A DNA stretch of 63,022 nucleotides, the filler included, from Dimargaris cristalligena (Eukaryota), in assembly GCA_003614675.1 (NCBI GenBank). It is 12 parts of 12 records of this genome, joined end to end, with 100 filler letters (N's around TTAATTAATTAA, not from the genome) between each part and the next. Parts side by side here need not be neighbours in the genome. Positions count along the whole stretch, not along the records: positions 57,891 to 63,022 come from ML003682.1; 11 more parts are not named here. The stretch is one strand, 5' to 3'. The translations under genes and the position numbers were made by a program. Shown piece by piece: positions 59,367-63,022 of this stretch (positions are counted from its first letter, which is position 1; every line of letters starts with the position of its first letter). A model generated the notes under the pieces. The model did no database searches. It was not told the origin of the DNA and saw only the letters and a program-made list of their open reading frames with translations.

Positions 59367-62300
59367 ACCACCCTCCCCAAATACTCCTAGGTTTATGATC
59401 CGGGGTTCTAATTATAACCACAGTAATATTGTTGCTTTTAGATCCTGCATCTACCATTTTATGACTATTTTATGTACTGGGGCTGATACCACCAGGCTAT
59501 TGTCCTAAATTATTCCTTTACTGTATATGATTGCAGTATCTAATCCCCCAATTTCTAAACAGTGTTATGGATGGTACATTTATCTATCATGATAATAGGC
59601 CAAGCAGGAATGCCAATTTTAGAATGATTCATGCATGTCTGTGAAAGTAAGGTAGGAAGACATCACTGTTATCACCCACCACACAAGCATATGGTGGTGT
59701 GCTAATAGGGAGAATTGTTGGAACAAACAAATAAATTTGACCTTATCTAATAAGGAAGTCACCATTCTTTTGGAATAAGTGTACTCCTGACTCTGGGATT
59801 TACAGGAATATTGAATAGGTGACATCCACAATGTAACCAAGCTGTAAAACTGGATATAGTGGCATTAACAGGTACTAATAGACAATTCCAAATTAGCTAC
59901 AATAAGGACCTAAATGAAATCCAACAATGCTTCTGCCATATGCCCCTTTTAGATGACTTGGCTTTCAAATGTGAAGGGACAACATGTTCCATTATATCCA
60001 TAGGGTGTGGGAAAATTATTTGCCAACTGGCCTGGGGTGGTCAAGGGTGCTATGGCCCTTTCATCCTATCAATAATGTCCACCTTTTCTACAGTAGGTGA
60101 TTCCCATTTAAATTCGCAGTCTTCAAACACAATGAAAAATCTTTGTTTAAAAATGAATACTAAAAAATCTACATTTCATATGACCATTTGGCTATCTTGA
60201 CCTTGCATTGATGCTGTTTGGTGTTTTTCAGTATAGTATAACCTTTATCCTGCCTGTGATGGCTGTTCTACTGGTCTGGGCAGTGTAAGTATCCAAGGCT
60301 ATAAGAATGGATGCTGCCCCACCTCCTATGATCTTCAATTTACTTATTTACAGACATTATCAACTAGACTAATGGCTGGAATCAACTTTAATACTGGGAA
60401 CAAGGATCAGCTTAACAGGGACTACCCTGTTGCTGATCCAAGAGCTCCCATTGTCAAGCCTATTAAATGGCTTCTTGGGAAGGTAAGTTATGTCACTCAT
60501 TTGTTTTTATATTTGTCTGTATATTTTTGTTTTCTCCTATATAGGTGGGGGGAACTACTGCTTATATATGTTTATGGGATACACACTTTGCAATATTAAA
60601 GTGATCTAGATGACCATATCCTTTTTTTTTGCTTTGACAACTTCATCAGTGTCGGTAATGGGGTGGTGGCTTATACTATCAATGAAATTGAAATAGCCAC
60701 TCTCCATTATGTTAGTTTTTTTCTAATTTTCTTTCAAGCAAAAATATGTACTACATTTTAGATGTTCTTTTTACTAATCTAGAGTTTATTGAATATTTAT
60801 TGTATACCTATTATTTATATTTTTTATATTATTCCCTAACAGATTAAACACCTCTTTGTCTCCTGTAAATGAGCAGTGTGCTTAATCATCCACATCCAAC
60901 CCTGAAAATACACCATTCAAATTACAGCCCATATCCACCCGTATTCTGACTAGGCTTTTTACCAGAACAATACCTCCACTGTATTGCTATAGCAATGAAT
61001 TATTATGCAATAAAAGATTACCTAAGTATTATCCACATCAACCCTCCAACCACAATTGCCGATATCTCAATCTAAGAGGAAATATTGCTCTTCATATCAT
61101 GCTATTGTTACTTCTAACCCAGTGACTGGGTGCAGTTCTATTGGGACTAATGTGACACCACCCTTGCCTGATGATAGCATGCTCTGGAACCACAATATCC
61201 AGAGTGCCGGCTATCCAGAAACCCTGGTCATGGATGAAGAATAACCACTTCCTAAAAAGCCATATATGTGCCAAGGCCTTCCAACACTAACCTGTATCCC
61301 TTCCTTGCCAACCCAAATCATTAACCTTGCTTGTAACTAATGTTCCCTCAAACAACCCTGGTTGTTCTACACCAATGCCCACTGCAGATGCATTCATCTC
61401 CTAGACATCAACATTCTTGGTTGGCTCATTTGATTTCAACTGGAATTACCTTTCTGACTCATCTATAACATCACCACCTATTAGTCATGATGATATTCAC
61501 TGTTGTATTATTTCCCACTTCTGTCAGATCACATCCCTCCATATCAAAAATCCCAACCTTCCATTTTCCCTCTGGGTGGGCTAGAAAATTCAAGTTGCTA
61601 TCCAATTTGGCAAGCCAGGGGCTTCATAATTCGCTGTTATTGAACTATATTTTGATTAATTATAAAAATCATATTATCTACTTATTTTTTTACTGGAATC
61701 ATAATAAATCCTATTTTTTAAAGCAAAATAAACTTTTTTTCCATATAGGATACTTTTATTATCAACAATTAGCATATGTTAATAGTATTTACTAACCAGT
61801 ACCCTGCTAGTTGGAAGAGTAAATGTATTTATTGCTTACTTGGTACTGTGGATCCTCTGTAATTATCCTGATGCTGACCACTGAAACCACACTATGGCCA
61901 ATTTGGTGAACATGCCAATGGTGGTTGTAAATGGCTCACCAGAGGCAGCCCTCTTGATAATAGCTACTGGTGCGTTATTTTAGGTGCAAAGAGTAGTAGG
62001 TTAATACCATAGTTCTGGTCCCTACAAATAATATCTGAAGTCTCCACAGACAACCCCAGATATGGCCTGGGTACCCATACAATCAAAATTTTGACAATGA
62101 CACTAAATGGGGACACACCAACATTAGATGACACAACTGAAGATTCCTCCACAGGGGCACCAAGTATTGCCTGTCATACTATTACTACTCCAAGTTGCAT
62201 CTAAACAAGGCCCCTAAATGCTCCAATATACAAGGAGCAACTGGCTCACCTTCAGATAGGTCCTTAGATGACTATTGCTCCTACCCACACATTCATTCTA

Positions 62301-62487
62301 TAGCTGCTTAAACCCATTATCCCACTTCTTAATAATAGTAATCATTAATAAACCACCACTTATCATTATATCAAATACTCACATATATTCACATTTAATA
62401 TTTACTTCACAGGCTATAAAATATACTGCTTCAAAGTACTAAGGTGGCTGAAAAAAATATGTGGGACTACTGAGATATGTATGTAGT

Positions 62488-62631
62488 ATATGGGTGAATT
62501 TCAAAACTGCTGTGTAAGGTTTTACATAATATGTATATGGGCAAATATATGTGAGAATAGCTTTTAACCAGTAATATTGGCCTCATCTAATGGATTTTTC
62601 ATTATACAGACTAAATGAACTGCTCCCATAT
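62488..62631 (+). mobile_element. MITE-like repeat, full 144-bp copy
   Basis: ATATGGGTGAATTTC...GAACTGCTCCCATAT; colinear with 16764-16907. Confidence 0.85.
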
Positions 62632-63022
62632 GTAAGTAGCAGGAAGGCAGGGGCAGGCCTGGAAAGATATAATAAATGGTCCCATGGTACTAGGTAGAGC
62701 CATTGGGAACTGTAATATAGCCTAATAAACCCTTGTAGAGTTATGGCTAACTCAGCTAGATTAATCTGGGTTAACAGGTATAACATTAGATATTAGAAAC
62801 CAAGAAATAGACCATTCCAAATAGTTAGAAATAAATAGAAGGTACCAATATCCTGGGGATAGCTTCAGTATAGGTACCCTTACCTAATGTTAGTCAGGGG
62901 CCTCAGGGGTGGCATACACATGTTTTAAATTATTATGATATAGCCAAATGGCCATAGTAGTATTAGTGTGGTGAACTTACTACATTTTTTTCCTACTTTT
63001 ATTTTTAATCCATTTTCCTCTT

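Noticed and set aside
59780-60100. Minus-strand LHCGCHLFNI resembling the hAT transposase CxxH motif
   Set aside because: A single short motif in heavily decayed, CpG-poor DNA; other catalytic motifs could not be found.

Overview
Eukaryotic, fungal DNA with GT-AG introns. An early-diverging lineage such as Zoopagomycota is my inference from protein style and element content; it is not verified. The window is not one locus. It is 12 unrelated contigs of about 5.13-5.21 kb, sorted by decreasing length and joined by 100-bp N44-TTAATTAATTAA-N44 linkers, so adjacency across linkers means nothing. Recognisable genes are an NADPH-dependent (ADH6/CAD-type) alcohol dehydrogenase, a LYC1-like GNAT, HEM4, a 5-exon MCM2, a Rom/Rgf-type DH-PH-CNH RhoGEF and MPH1/FANCM. 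There are also several orphan secreted proteins and many mobile elements: an apparently intact LINE, decayed DIRS and Ty3-like elements, solo LTRs with TSDs and a ~144-bp MITE-like family. The best leads are: (1) a spliced gene, split across three reading frames, whose C-terminus follows the bacterial RNase P protein (RnpA) fold but has lost the RNR motif; (2) a tandem pair of secreted prepropeptides with a KR + (X-Pro)5 processing cassette and a hypervariable C-terminal peptide; (3) direct evidence of repeat-restricted CpG, and possibly CpA, C>T hypermutation.
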